Below, one piece after another: positions 22,329-33,814 of a DNA stretch of 64,000 nt. A model generated the notes under the pieces. That model was not told the DNA's origin and did not search any database. It was given only the letters and a program-made list of their open reading frames with translations. The number at the start of each line of letters is the position of its first letter. Position 1 is the stretch's first letter. The stretch spans positions 96,001 through 160,000 of the forward strand of contig CAWGMQ010000003.1 in NCBI GenBank assembly GCA_963823665.1. The letters run 5' to 3'. Both the position numbers and the translations under genes were made by a program. This DNA is from an uncultured Planctomycetota bacterium (GTDB lineage: Bacteria; Planctomycetota; Planctomycetia; Isosphaerales; Isosphaeraceae).

Positions 22329-24558
22329 TCAATTAGTTGGCGGCTCGGAATCGAGATCGTCATCCACCAGAACATTGCCGAGCTTCCTCACTTCGTTTCT
22401 CGCGGCAGCATTCAAGTGGCGCATCTCGATCTTGCCGCGTTCCGCTGATGCCGCGAAAGCGGCGCCTAGAACGATACGTTTGATGCTTCCTCCATTCAGC
22501 CGGAACTTGCGCGAGCAACTCTAGATCGAGATCCGTGCTCTTCGGGGCATCAGTCGGGAGAGCCGTTTGCCAGATCAGCAGTCGCTCGTCCGCTGTCGGC
22601 TCGTGGAAGTTGACGACAAACTGAGTCGTCTGCAAGAACGCCTGATCGAGCCTGCTGTCGAAATCTGTCGCCAGGATCACCAAGCCATCGTAAGCCTCGG
22701 TGCATTGCAGCAGCGAAGCAGTCTCGAGATTGGCGTGTCGGTCACGGGAGTCCTTCACGTCGGACCGCTTTCCGAAAAGAGCATCGGCACCGTCAAAATA
22801 GAGGATTGCGTCGGATGTGTCGACCTCCTGGAAGATGGTCTCGAAGCGCTTTTGAGTGTCAGCGGTGTGTTCTCCCAGGACTGCGGCGATATCGACTCGA
22901 TAGAGGTCTAAGCCGAGGTGATTTGCCAGAATTTGGGCGGCCAGCTTCTTACCCGAGCCCGGTGACCCCACGAACAGCGCCATCACGTTTCTGCTGCCAG
23001 CGCCTTCTCGCGAAAACCCCCACGAACTGTAGACTGTGTGTCTTTCGGAAAGCGTTTCACAAATTGCCCACAAAGTCGCCCTCTGGGCGTGCGAAAGCAC
23101 CATGTCTCTCCACGTATAGTTCGAATTGAGTTTTGTCGTGATTGATCCCACGTTTTGACTGCCGTGTACTCGGCATGCAGAGAGAAGATCGTGGCCGCTC
23201 AACCAATTGCTCTCGTCTCCCCGCAGACTCGCGAGTATGGCCGCTTGAGCCAGGACATCGCGAATTTGACCATCGCCAAAATTGAAGCGACCGGCAAGAG
23301 TCTCAAGGACATGTTTTTCTACCATCGCTCCCGATTGTGCTGCGGCCGCTCGCCAGTCCCGGAGACGCTCGTCGAAATCAGGTTTCGGTAACGCAAGACT
23401 AACGAACGCTCGTCCTCCCAAACTCGTTCCGGGTTCCCAGTGCTGCTCCGCAAGGAGAAAGGTGACGACGCTTCCGCCAGCGAGGCCATCGACGAAGTCG
23501 ATCGAGGCTGCTTCGTCCCCTGGACGAGGATTCAGGAACCGGTCCACGTTGAACCAGCATGGCACCGTCCCAATCAGCCACGCGTTCCGCTCAGCGAGGC
23601 GCATTCCGGCGCGCACACCGCTGACATTTCTTCGCAAGGCCCCGGCGTTGAGAAACTTGATCGGCACGTCCAGAGCGCTTGCGAATCGTCGCGCAAAGGC
23701 GTGTTTTTTTGCGCCGTGCCCACCGCGGATGAGCAGAACCGGCTCCCTTCCGTTTCGAGCTAGAGTTGTCGCTCGCAACCATCGCGCCATATTCTCACGC
23801 TGATGAGAAACCGTCGCCGTGTCTTCATGTTCAAACACATCGACCGAAAACGGCAACAGCTTGGGGTCATCGACCTCCAATCCCATTAGAAAGCCCGCAA
23901 TCCAATCGTCCAGCTTCAAAAATCGAGAAAGGATCACTTGCTGCGATGTCGCAGTGTCTTCCGGCATCGTCACCAGCTCCCATTGCATCAGACGAGAGCC
24001 GGCGTGCAAGGACCGTCGCGCCTCGAGCCGCATTTCCTCAGTTGAGCAAAGAAGGCGCAAAACGAGGTCCACAGTCGGGCGTTTCTTCGTGATGTCGTCG
24101 TGAAGGTACGCGAAAAGCTGCTCGTACCTCAGGTCGACCTCAATCGAGAGACAGACCACGAGCACATCCAACTCGAAGGAAGAGAGGCCGAATGCGCGGC
24201 GCATCCGCTCGAAAGGAGAATCCGCGCCTTCCGTGCGACACTGCGTCTCTTCCTGCGCGATCCAAACTTCAAGTTCCCGTATCCGGTCATCAATCGATTC
24301 AATCCCGGCATCGCTTTCTCCCACGCACTCTCCCGTCACGAGCGGATTCGTTACGCTGGCTACCGGAGCGACGTGGCGATCGAGTAGTCGATCGACCTTC
24401 GCGTCCGAGATAAACAATCCAGCAAACCCTTCGCCTTCAGAAACCCGGTTCCCACGGCGGAACCTCACCACTTCCTTGCGGATCAAGAGATCGAGCCTGG
24501 TCAGTCTACGAGACAAGATTTGTGACCATCTGGCTGAGCTGCTATTGTTGGCTGCCAC
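22329..24558 (-). CDS. AAA ATPase of the eCIS-associated (Afp15/Pvc15-like) type with degenerate Walker motifs; frameshift ~22510
   Basis: FGLSSFELDVL..DLRYEQLFAYLHDD..RPTVDL N-domain; GSPGSGKK; LDLYRVD; LYFDGADALFGKRSDVKDSRDRHAN; corrected tail FRLNGGSIKRIV..EVRKLG. Confidence 0.8.
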
Positions 24559-24869
24559 AATTGAAACCTATCTGCGTTACGCCGATAACGCGAGGCCCGC
24601 AAATTGTAATGGATACCAGACTGCCGCATCGAGCCTCGAGTACAACCACGAGTCTCTAGCTGCCGAGCGCGGAACCGCAATCCATTGATCGAGCGCCTTA
24701 CCAATAAACGGCTCCCGCACGGCCGCGAACACCGGATGAACCCAACCGCCGGCCAGCGGCAGACTCAGAGTCAGCGCGCGCATGAAAACCGCCGCCTGAC
24801 GGTATGGTCCATCATGTCACCATACCGCCCCGAAATGTGGACGTTCAACGGCGCTCGAGTATTCTGCAC

Positions 24870-25898
24870 TCAGGCCGCATCGCCCGAAACCTTCGCTGCA
24901 TCACTCCTGACCGGAATCGGATCAGCCCATACCGTCGCACCCGCATTCGTCTCGACCGGCATTCCCAGCAGACGCTTCACCGTGCGCGCCGTCTTCGGGA
25001 ATCGCAGTGAAGTCGTCCGCACCAGGAAGTTGATGTAGCCGACGATCACATCGAGTTCCCCTTGAATCGATGCGCAGCCCGTTCGTCGAGAGATCCCACT
25101 TGAGTGAAGGTCTTCCTTCAAGCGAATACGCGTGCATCTCAAGCCACCGACCGCAAAGCCTGTGCAAGATCGCAAGCTGCCGCGGCGTCGCCAGGGTGCG
25201 CCACGACGCCGCTCCTTTGCCTCGCATGTGATTCCAGTGCAACAGCGACGACGGATCGCAAATTTGAACATTGCCGCCGCTATCCAGATCGACTCCGGCC
25301 TGCTCGAGCCGCTGCTTGAGAGCCTCCGTCCGCGCCCGGTTCGACTCCTGCGAATAGAGCGCGGCGATCCGCTCGGCTTCGCCCGCCTCCAGCCGAAATC
25401 CCAGATGCGAGGCCAGCTCTGTCACCCCGCGGCAGGCTCTCCGATCAAGTCGTCGTATCGCTGCACGAGCACATTCGGCTGACCCATCCAGAAGCGGTCG
25501 TTCGCCAGGATCTGGTGGATCATCCCCTGGCGAAGGAGCTCCTCGAAGGTTTTCCCCCTCTTGTGCATGAGCGAGAATACAACGTCGCGCACGTCGCGAA
25601 AAGCATAGAGAGCGCACGCTCTGCCAGCCTTCAGCTCGCGGGCCATTGCACGCTCGCCTTCGTGCGCCTTGATCACACGGAACCCGCGCCGTTCGCCGGA
25701 AAGAACGACCGAGCTTCCCGCGTCCCGGGCCAGGAGAGCCGTGTACGCACCGCTGAGCAAATATCCCAGTCGCAGGCCGCCGCCATGCTCTTCCACCAGA
25801 TGCGCAGCAACCTCGTATTGCCACGTCGAGCAGGCGCGGTACATGCCCGCGCAGATCACATCGGACGCCGATCTGTTCACAGTCGCTCGCAAGCGCAT
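24870..25898 (-). CDS. Sulfotransferase-like protein (two apparent frameshifts)
   Basis: VICAGMYRACSTW (5'-PSB-like), YAFRDVRDVVFSL (3'-PB), VQRYDDL; continues in ORFs 24922..26010 and 24870..25271. Confidence 0.7.
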
Positions 25899-26022
25899 GG
25901 TTCCTTCCCTGGTCCCCAAAATAAGCGCGCGCCGCACCCCCGGCGGCAATCCCAGGCGCCTTTTTATCTCGATTCGCCTTTCGCTGCCAGGCGGGATTCA
26001 CCCCGCGCAAACCGCGCCCCGA

Positions 26023-26274
26023 TCAATCTGGGTCGTCGTCCAATCGCATCTTCTTATTGCGTAACGGCTTATTGGAATACACGATGAACACCCCGGCCAA
26101 CCAGACGATCAGGCCGAAGACGACAGCCAACCAGGCGACCGGGATTGGGCCCACGCCCCCGATCGAGATGACCAGGGGCGTCTCACTGTGATTGGCCTGA
26201 TAGACGCCCCAGACTCCGAGCATCTCGATCAGCATGCCGACCATTCGGATGATGTGCCCGGTCGTCTTGTTCAT
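26023..26274 (-). CDS. Small two-TM membrane protein
   Basis: Two hydrophobic helices; starts just downstream of the oxidoreductase stop. Confidence 0.65.
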   Translation of the reverse strand: MNKTTGHIIRMVGMLIEMLGVWGVYQANHSETPLVISIGGVGPIPVAWLAVVFGLIVWLAGVFIVYSNKPLRNKKMRLDDDPD

Positions 26275-26279
26275 GATTT

Positions 26280-27635
26280 TCAAACTTGCGGAAGCTCGTA
26301 GCCCTTGCGCGGCTCGCGCGAGAGCAGTGCATCAGCAGCCGGGTCATTCTTGAAGCGCTCGGTCTCCGTGTCCCATTCGAGCTTGCGGCCCAGCTTGTAG
26401 GAGATATTTCCAAGATGGCAAGTGTTCGTCGAGTGGTGGGCGATCTCGATATCGCAGGTCGGCAGCGCCCGCGACTTCACGCAGTCGAGGAAGTTGCGCA
26501 CGTGCGGGTCCTGGCCGTCGACGCCTTTGACTTTGCTACCTTCCAGGTCGATCTTGCGTATTGAGCGGTCGCCGAGCGCGAGCTTGATTCCGTAGGGCAA
26601 GACGACCTTGTCCGGGATCACCTCGAATCCACTCCGATCGAGCATAAGGCTGCCGTCGGTGCCGCAAAACAGGATGCCGTAATCGTGGCCGTTGAGCTTC
26701 AGGCCGTTCCCCTTGTGCATCGAGTAGGTCAGCGTGCAACCAGGGAATTCGTAGATGACCTGCATGGTGTCGGGCGTGTCGCGGTCGTCATCGGTCGTGA
26801 AGATGCCGCCGGACGTGTAAACCGACTTTGGACCTTTGGCGCCCAGCGCCCAGACCACGATGTCGTTCAAATGCACGCCCCAGTCGCTCATCATCCCGCC
26901 CGCGTAGTCGAAGTACCAGCGGAACAGCAGGTGGAAGCGAGTCGGGTTGAACGGCTTGAGCGGAGCAGGCCCGAGCCAGCGGTCGTAGTCAACGGATGAA
27001 GGCGCTGCGGTGTCGGGAATCTTGCCCATCCCGACGGGGCTGATGTTCTCGTAGTTCCAGGTCTGGACCCAAAAGATCTTGCCGAGCTTGCCCGAGCGAA
27101 CAATCTCCACAGCCTGCTGGAAGTGCGATGACGAGCGCTGCTGGGTGCCCACAGCCATGATCTTGCCCGTCTTGCGTGCCGCCTTCAACATGGCCTGGCC
27201 CTCGGCGACGTTGTGGGCAACCGGTTTCTCGACGTAAACATCCTTGCCCGCGAGCACCGCCTGAATGGCGGGCAGGGCATGCCAGTGGTCCGGCGTGGCG
27301 ATGATCACACCGTCCAGGTCCTTGCGGTCGAGCATCGGGCGATAGTCGCGGGCGCCCTGGGGCGTGTTGCCCTTCTCTTTCTTGATGCGTTCAACCGTCT
27401 CATCGGTGTGTTTGTCATCGACGTCGGCAATCGCAATGATCTCGATGTCGGCCTGCTTGAGGAATGAATCCAGAAGCTGATTTCCCCGGCTCCCCGCCCC
27501 GATCAAGCCCAGGCGGATCTTCTCGTTCGCCCCGGTCGCGCGGGCGATCGCGGGCGAGGAAAGCAGCGAGGCCGCCCCCGCTGTAAAACCGACTGTTTCC
27601 ACGAAGCCGCGCCGCGTGACCCGATCGGTGTTCAT
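26280..27635 (-). CDS. Tat-exported Gfo/Idh/MocA oxidoreductase
   Basis: TRRGF twin-arginine motif, GLIGAGSRG, IATPDHWH, VYVEKP, DWGVHLND. Confidence 0.92.
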   Translation of the reverse strand: MNTDRVTRRGFVETVGFTAGAASLLSSPAIARATGANEKIRLGLIGAGSRGNQLLDSFLKQADIEIIAIADVDDKHTDETVERIKKEKGNTPQGARDYRPMLDRKDLDGVIIATPDHWHALPAIQAVLAGKDVYVEKPVAHNVAEGQAMLKAARKTGKIMAVGTQQRSSSHFQQAVEIVRSGKLGKIFWVQTWNYENISPVGMGKIPDTAAPSSVDYDRWLGPAPLKPFNPTRFHLLFRWYFDYAGGMMSDWGVHLNDIVVWALGAKGPKSVYTSGGIFTTDDDRDTPDTMQVIYEFPGCTLTYSMHKGNGLKLNGHDYGILFCGTDGSLMLDRSGFEVIPDKVVLPYGIKLALGDRSIRKIDLEGSKVKGVDGQDPHVRNFLDCVKSRALPTCDIEIAHHSTNTCHLGNISYKLGRKLEWDTETERFKNDPAADALLSREPRKGYELPQV

Positions 27636-27928
27636 GATGTTGACCTCCGGCTCTTGACTCAGGGCATTTTCCGTTCGTCCTTGCCCACCAGGACGGCGAC
27701 CCAACCTGAATCGTAACGGAGCGCACGCGGCGCCGCCAGGGGTCACGCGGCTGATCGCTGGGCCGTACCAATCTGTTGACGGTCAGCCAGGTCGGGGTTA
27801 CGGTGAACGGGTGGCACTGGCTTCGCCGGTGCGCGTGTCGCTGGCCGGGCAATTTCAGGTGACGCTGGCTCGGCCAGTGCTCCAGGTAGCATGCATCCTG
27901 TCTTTGCTATCGCAGATCGAGGTGAGCC

Positions 27929-29056
27929 ATGACGGTCGCGAACGTTGCGCGTGGCGTGGTTGCATCCATCCTCTGGTCCGCGGTGGCCTCGGCTCAGACA
28001 TCGCCGACCGCCGCGCGAATCGAGTCGGTTCCGCTGGAGCTGACGATGCCCGAGCGCTATCAGAACACGGAAGTTCTCGAGCCCATTCGCATGGTCACCT
28101 TGGTCGCGCCCCGAGATGCTCTCGTGCGCTCGATCACTGCGCGTCTGGGCGCGGTGGTGCGCGAATCCGAAGAGATCGCCCAGCTCGACCGCACGGAAGC
28201 CGCGGCACGCCTCAAGATGGCCACGGCCGAGCTCCGCGAGAAACAGGCCCTGTTGAAGGCGAACAAGAATGATTCCGAGGTCTACCGGGCCCAGGTCGAA
28301 GCCGCCGAGGCCCGCGTGGAGCTGGCACAGCTCGATCTCGATCGCTGCACCCTGCGGGCTCCATTCGCGGGCCGCGTGGTTGCGCTGCCGGCATGTGCTG
28401 GTCAATATGTCATGCGCGGGGCAGTCCTCGCCGAGCTGGCCGACGTCTCGAGCCTGAAGGTGATGCAGCCTGTCGACCGCCGCAGTGTCGCCCCGAATTC
28501 GTCCTTCAGCGTTCAAATCGAAGGTCGCGATGTTCCGGCCAAGGTGCAAGCGGTGCTTCCCTTGCCCGAAAGCATGAAAGTCCTGCGCGAGTTGGTCACC
28601 CCCTTGAGTGCCGCCACGCTCATCATCGCCAACTCCAAGGGAGAGCTCGAGCCGGGCCTGCGGGTTCAGAGCCCGACCGTTCCCTCGACTCCGATCGCGA
28701 CGGTCCCGAAACGGGCCGTCAAGTCCGAAGACACGCGTGGCGGCGGCACGAGCATGATGGTGCAGGTCATCCGCGACGATTACGTGACCAATGTCCCGGT
28801 GCGGGTCCTCGGTGAGACGGGCGCCGAGCGCGTGCAGATCGCAGGGGCACTGCGGTCATCCGATTCGCTGATCGCATCCACGTCGGTTCCCCTCCTGGCC
28901 GGAACGCTCGTCCGCTTCGGCGACAACGGCGGCGAGGCCGGAGGCAACCCCCACGCCGGGCGCGGCCGCCTGCAGGCACCCGGGCCCGGCGCAACCCCGG
29001 GCACTCCCGCTTCCCGGCCGGCTGCGCGAACAAATAGCGGATCAACCCCATTCTGA
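27929..29056 (+). CDS. HlyD/RND membrane-fusion (periplasmic adaptor) protein
   Basis: Lipoyl-like halves (APRDALV..GAVV; LRAPFAGRV..GQYV) around a coiled coil; LEPGL. Confidence 0.8.
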   Translation: MTVANVARGVVASILWSAVASAQTSPTAARIESVPLELTMPERYQNTEVLEPIRMVTLVAPRDALVRSITARLGAVVRESEEIAQLDRTEAAARLKMATAELREKQALLKANKNDSEVYRAQVEAAEARVELAQLDLDRCTLRAPFAGRVVALPACAGQYVMRGAVLAELADVSSLKVMQPVDRRSVAPNSSFSVQIEGRDVPAKVQAVLPLPESMKVLRELVTPLSAATLIIANSKGELEPGLRVQSPTVPSTPIATVPKRAVKSEDTRGGGTSMMVQVIRDDYVTNVPVRVLGETGAERVQIAGALRSSDSLIASTSVPLLAGTLVRFGDNGGEAGGNPHAGRGRLQAPGPGATPGTPASRPAARTNSGSTPF

Positions 29057-29284
29057 CCCCGCGCGATTCCCACCAATAAGTCATTCCAACACGCGAATCT
29101 CTCAGAAACAACGCGGCCCGGTGCCCGGAAAAAAAAGTTTTAATACTGGGCCGCCGGCCGCCCCGGTCGTATTCTATTCCGAAACAATCACCCGCGCCCG
29201 AGCGACGAGGCGGTGCTCGAATTCCTCGGAGTGCGCAGGAATTGCGCCTGCTCGTAAGCAGGCGCCAGTGGGAGAAGCATCACC

Positions 29285-30325
29285 ATGGTCAATTACATTT
29301 CCGGTCTCGTGTTCGTCGTGCTCGCAATCTTGGGAGTCGTGATCGCCGGGCTCGTGGGCGCCGGCGGCTACGTGGGCCCTGCCGCTATCCTCGGGTTGGT
29401 GTGGCTCTTCATGACGATGTACATCTCGTCAGCCATCCGCCTGGCCGCACAGTGGGAAAAAGCCGTCGTTTTTCGCCTGGGCAAATTCAGCGGCATGAAG
29501 GGCCCCGGGCTCTTCACAATCGTGCCCCTGATCGACCAGCTCAAGATGGTCGACACCCGCGTGCTGACCGCTAACTTTCCCCAGCAGCAGGTCATCACAC
29601 GCGACAACGTTCCGGTCACAATCGACGGCGTCCTCTTCTTCCGCGTCGACAACGCCGCCGAGGCGATCATCACCGTGCAAGATTATCGTTACATGATTAC
29701 CCAGTATGCTCAGACCTCGCTCCGCGACGTCGTCGGCCAGATGACGCTCGACCAGCTCTTGACCGAGCGTGAAGAGATTGCCAAGCTGATCGAGCAGCAT
29801 GTCGAGAAAGACACCAAGGGCTGGGGGCTCGAGGTCACCGGTGTGCGAATTCAGGACATCGACATGCCCGAAGATCTCAAGAAGATGATGTCGCGGCAGG
29901 CCTCGGCCGAGCGCGAAAAACGGGCGACGATCACCAAGGCCGAAGGCGACCGCGATGCAGCCGTCAACCTGGCACTCGCCGCCAAGACCATGGCGGAAAG
30001 CCCGGGTGCCATGCAGCTTCGCACGCTGCAGACGATTGACGGCCTCGGGCCGACAGCATCCAACACCGTCGTCCTTGCCGTGCCAGTCGAAGTCCTCGAG
30101 AACCTTCGTGGCATTGAAGCAATCCTACCAGGGCCGCGGAACGGCTTGATAACGGAACCGAGATCGTCTGAGTACGACGGGCGGGAGCTTGGGGCGCTCG
30201 CAGCATCCAAGCACCGCCCTGGTGTCGATCGCTACGCGCGCCTCCTTCGTTATGGCAAGGCGCTGCCCGAGGGTTTGCCTCTGTCACCAGCCGACCGCGA
30301 ATGGTTGGAGAGCATCGGCCGCTGA
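29285..30325 (+). CDS. SPFH/band-7 (stomatin/slipin) protein
   Basis: WEKAVVFRLGK..GPGL, VITRDNV, AQTSLRDVVG, QASAEREKRA, AMQLRTLQT. Confidence 0.92.
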   Translation: MVNYISGLVFVVLAILGVVIAGLVGAGGYVGPAAILGLVWLFMTMYISSAIRLAAQWEKAVVFRLGKFSGMKGPGLFTIVPLIDQLKMVDTRVLTANFPQQQVITRDNVPVTIDGVLFFRVDNAAEAIITVQDYRYMITQYAQTSLRDVVGQMTLDQLLTEREEIAKLIEQHVEKDTKGWGLEVTGVRIQDIDMPEDLKKMMSRQASAEREKRATITKAEGDRDAAVNLALAAKTMAESPGAMQLRTLQTIDGLGPTASNTVVLAVPVEVLENLRGIEAILPGPRNGLITEPRSSEYDGRELGALAASKHRPGVDRYARLLRYGKALPEGLPLSPADREWLESIGR

Positions 30326-30355
30326 AGCAGGGGGACCAAGAGGGCCAGAGGGGCC

Positions 30356-30985
30356 AGACACCCGCTCTGCTCCGGAATCGACCCGACGGCGCCTTACGAT
30401 GGTCCGACGCCGAAGTCGCACTGCGCTGGCGCAAGCTCTTTCCGCAACATGACGATTCGATTGGACGGGCCGGGAATTGAGGCAGGACAAGCGTGGGGCG
30501 ATCCCTGAAGACCTGGCTCCCATTCTGGACCGGCTGGGCGGGTGTGGATCGATCGAATTGGGTGGACACAGTGCGCGATTTCGGTCGCGTGTTCAAGCAA
30601 GCGGCAGGTCGAGCGAGTTCGCTTCGGCTCGATGCACCGCGTTGCTCACGGCGCTGGTTTCAGGGCAAGGCAGCCGCGCAAGTCGCGTTTCTGTAAGTAA
30701 TCGGCTCGCTCGCTTGCGAGCCCTGGTCGTAGCGGCAGGCGCGGAATTCGATTGGATTCGAAGCCGGCCAGCGTGGTTTCCTTCGCCGGCGCGGCAAGCG
30801 ACGCGTGCAAAACGCCGGCGACGTAGCCGAGCGCACCCAGTTGCCGACCGTGTGTGGCAAAACGCGTGCTGTGCGCGTCGTCGGCCGCGAGGCACCCAGC
30901 GATCGCGGGACGCAAACCGGTGCGAGCCACGTGCGTCTGGCTTTCCCCGGCACCGACTGTCGACTGCAGAAGAGGGTGGGTGTCT
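30356..30985 (+). mobile_element. Decayed HUH/Y1 (RAYT-like) transposase remnant with its putative end
   Basis: Fragments read WSDAEVALRWRKLFP, DWTGRELRQDKRGAIPEDLAPILDRLG and WVDTVRDFGRVFKQAAGR (stop 30696); bounded by AGACACCC (30356) and GGGTGTCT (30978). Confidence 0.65.
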
Positions 30986-33003
30986 GGGTCCCCCCAGTCG
31001 CGAAGCCTGTCGTAGGTAATCCCCAGCTTCTGAGCGAGGTCTGGCAACCACCATTCGTCGCTCTCGAGCTGTTCACGGCCAACGGCCCCCCCGGTGAGAC
31101 CGCGGCGACATAAGAGCTGACGCACCGATGTCGGCGTATAGCCCTTCTGGGTTCTTGGCGTCCGATACCCCTCTCGAGTGAGATGGGCCGCCAGCTCCTT
31201 GATCGTCAGGCCTTCCCGACGCAGTTGCACGATCCGATCCATCATCCGATCGTATTCACCCAGAGACTCGTACCGGGAAACCGACCTGATAATCTCGTGA
31301 CTCGTGGTCTGGCCGCCTCGCCACGTAATCGCAACGCCGGCGCGTTCGGTGTTAGCGCGAACATCGACCACGATGCGCTCGGTGATAAGCCGTATGATCT
31401 CCTTGCGATCCATCGCCGTCGTCTCGGGCGCGTGCCAGAGTGTCGGAATGTCGGCGGCAACCGCCAGGATCCGACCGCGCTCCTCCTCCGTGAGCCGAGT
31501 CGGTTGTTCATTTAAGAATCGATCATACTCTTCCCGCAATTCGCGTTGGGCACGTAGCGCAGCCTCCCACTTTTGCTCCAGCCCCCGAGCCACCAAGCGA
31601 TTCTCGGGCTCGACGGCTTGGTACTGGCGTTCGGCACGCTCGACCTCATAGGAGGCACGCTCAAGCCGTTGCTCCCAGTGCCGGTTGAGATGCTGACGTT
31701 CCCGCTGCAAGCTCTCGATCGCCTTGAGGCTCAACTCCAGGGCTGCCGGTTCCAAAGCCAGGAGGACCTGCTTTGTTACCAGGTCATCAATGGCCGCCGA
31801 CGCCAGCCCCCGACAATCGGATCCCTCGAGGTGCTTTCGCATGCACACGTAGTATGCGGTCGACTTGCTGCGGTAGGTCGCGTGCATCCGCCGCCCGCAG
31901 TTCCCGCAAACCATGACACCCGCCAGAAGCGCCTTGCCGACACGAGGCGCTCCGACTGATCCGGGCTGGTAGCGATTCTGTTGAAGTCGCTCTTGGTTGG
32001 CCAAGTAACGGTCCCACGTGATGTAAGCCGGCAGTCGATCCGTTTGGAGCACCGTCCACTCTGACATCGGCATCTCGCGCATCTTGACCTTGGTGCCACC
32101 CGAAGCCGATTTTTTGTGATCCACGCGGCGACGCCCATAGGAGTAGGCTCCGGCGTAGATCGGATGGTGGAGCATTCGAGAGACCGTGGCCAGCGTGGGC
32201 CGGCGCCATTCCAGTTGGCCCCGCCGTGAGCCTCGCTGCACTCGCATTCCCAAGCGGATTTTGTTCCGCACCAGATAGCGGTAGACCCGCCCGAAAGAGC
32301 CCAGCTCGTCGAACGTGTCGAAAACCAATTGGACGATCGACCTCGCCTCTTCATCGGGGTCGATAACGACCTCGCCGGTGGGTAGTTTTAAGTACCCGCA
32401 CGGTACGCTGAGGATTAATTCGCACCGCTGGGCCTTGTAAAGTTTGCCCCCTTCCAGGCGGTTGTGCATCGTAACCAGCTCATATTCACTCATGGTGCCT
32501 TTCAGCCCCAAAAGGAGACGGTCGTTGGGGTCCCGCGGATCGTAGAGACCGTCCTCATCCGCCAGGATCGTTCCGAAGATGGAACACATCTGTAATAAGT
32601 GATGCCAATCCTCGTTGCAGCGGGCCAACCGACTCATCTCGATCCCCAGGATCAAACCGACGTGTTCCATGGTAACTTCGGCCAGGATGCGATGAAATCC
32701 GCTCCGATTTTCGGCCGTCTTGCCGCTGAGTCCTTGGTCGTCGTCGATGATCAGGATACGGTCGCGGGGCCATCCCAGTGCGATCGCGTGGTTGACCAGC
32801 GCGTACTGGCGTTCGCGTGATTCTCGGTGATCGCGGATTTGCTGCGGAGAGGATTGGCGGACGTAGATGATCGCCAGCAATCCGAGGTGCCAATCCGTGA
32901 TCAGGCCGGGCCGGACGCGACGTACGGTAGGATTCGCGGTGGGCACGGCCACCGGTTGCGGGTTTGCCGAGAGGAGCGGGCAGATGGTTTCACGAGCGCT
33001 CAT
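30986..33003 (-). CDS. Large serine recombinase (resolvase + recombinase + Zn-ribbon), C-terminally truncated
   Basis: IYVRQSS catalytic Ser, DDDQGLSG, EMSRLAR, GLKGTMSEYE, HPIYAGAY, CGNCGRRM..YYVC, YQAVEPENRLV; plausible homology ends at RLRDW, at the GGGTGTCT motif. Confidence 0.9.
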
Positions 33004-33150
33004 GCGTCACCTCCTTGCCGTCTGGAGGCTTCGCCAGTTGCTGGGCGATGACACGGGTCAGTGCGCTGAGAATTCGTTCTCGAAGCTCGACGGGGAAGGT
33101 CACCCAGATCTGCTGAGAATTGGGATGACTGTTTACTTTCCCGCGGCGCG
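32990..33150 (-). CDS. Small ORF overlapping the recombinase start
   Basis: QQIWVTFPVELRERILSALTRVIAQQL..GKEVTHERS; its 3' end provides the RBS of the recombinase; start uncertain. Confidence 0.55.
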
Positions 33151-33319
33151 GGGGGGACGACGGTGGTTCGAGATTGGAGCGAGACAACCCTCCTTGCTGA
33201 GTTCTCCGCCGGCGCTCCTGATACCACTCCGCCAATCGGAGTAGCGCCGGCAACCCGATGATAGCCACCGTCGACGGCGTCTGGCGAGGTGTGACTAGAT
33301 GAGCAGTTTGTTCCACAGA

Positions 33320-33368
33320 TCCGGATCAGTGGGAGCCCTGGCGGAGCGATCCGCCAAGGCGACCCGGC
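33320..33368 (+). ncRNA. Group II intron 3' fragment (distal half of domain V plus domain VI)
   Basis: 48/49 nt identical to 35036-35084; followed by GACATCC, the 3' half of the target GGGTGTCT^GACATCC seen intact at 35335. Confidence 0.85.
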
Positions 33369-33408
33369 GACATCCTCCAGGAACAGTTCCCTTGTACTTT
33401 CCGATGCG

Positions 33409-33800
33409 CTACGTGGTCGATGCTTTCCTGGATTTGCTTCCCTTAGCGGCCTTGACGGCTGAATTCTTGCGCGTGGAGGACTTGGCGATATTGGAGAGCG
33501 ACGTTTTTGCGGTGCGTTCGTCCATGAGTGGGCCGGTCAAGTCGGCGAGTGTGCCCCCGAGGACGAAGAGGAGCGTCACCATCGCATCAAGCGTTACTCG
33601 GGGCGAGCAGTTCTCGATTTTGGCCACCCGCGATTGATCCACGCGGGCCATTGCGGCGAGTTGCTCCTGCGTGATCTTGCGCTGCGTGCGCAACCGACGA
33701 ATGGCCATAGCCGTCGTGATTTTCAGGTCGATCAGGAGCGACTCTTCGTCGCTGAGGCCGAGGAAATCGGCGGTGTCCCCCTCCACCCATCCCGGCTTTC
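33409..33800 (-). CDS. XRE/HigA-type HTH antitoxin (native N-terminus probably lost)
   Basis: GWVEGDTADFLGLSDEE..IRRLRTQRKITQEQLAAMARVDQSRVAKIE. Confidence 0.75.
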
Positions 33801-33814
33801 GGTCCACATCTCTG

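Noticed and set aside
22329..24558. eCIS/T6SS locus
   Set aside because: Only the ATPase is present; no sheath, tube, baseplate or spike genes in the window.
30646..30985. C-terminal 110 aa of the 785-aa recombinase ORF
   Set aside because: Read-through past the GGGTGTCT junction into the transposase-end sequence; low complexity and not recombinase-like.
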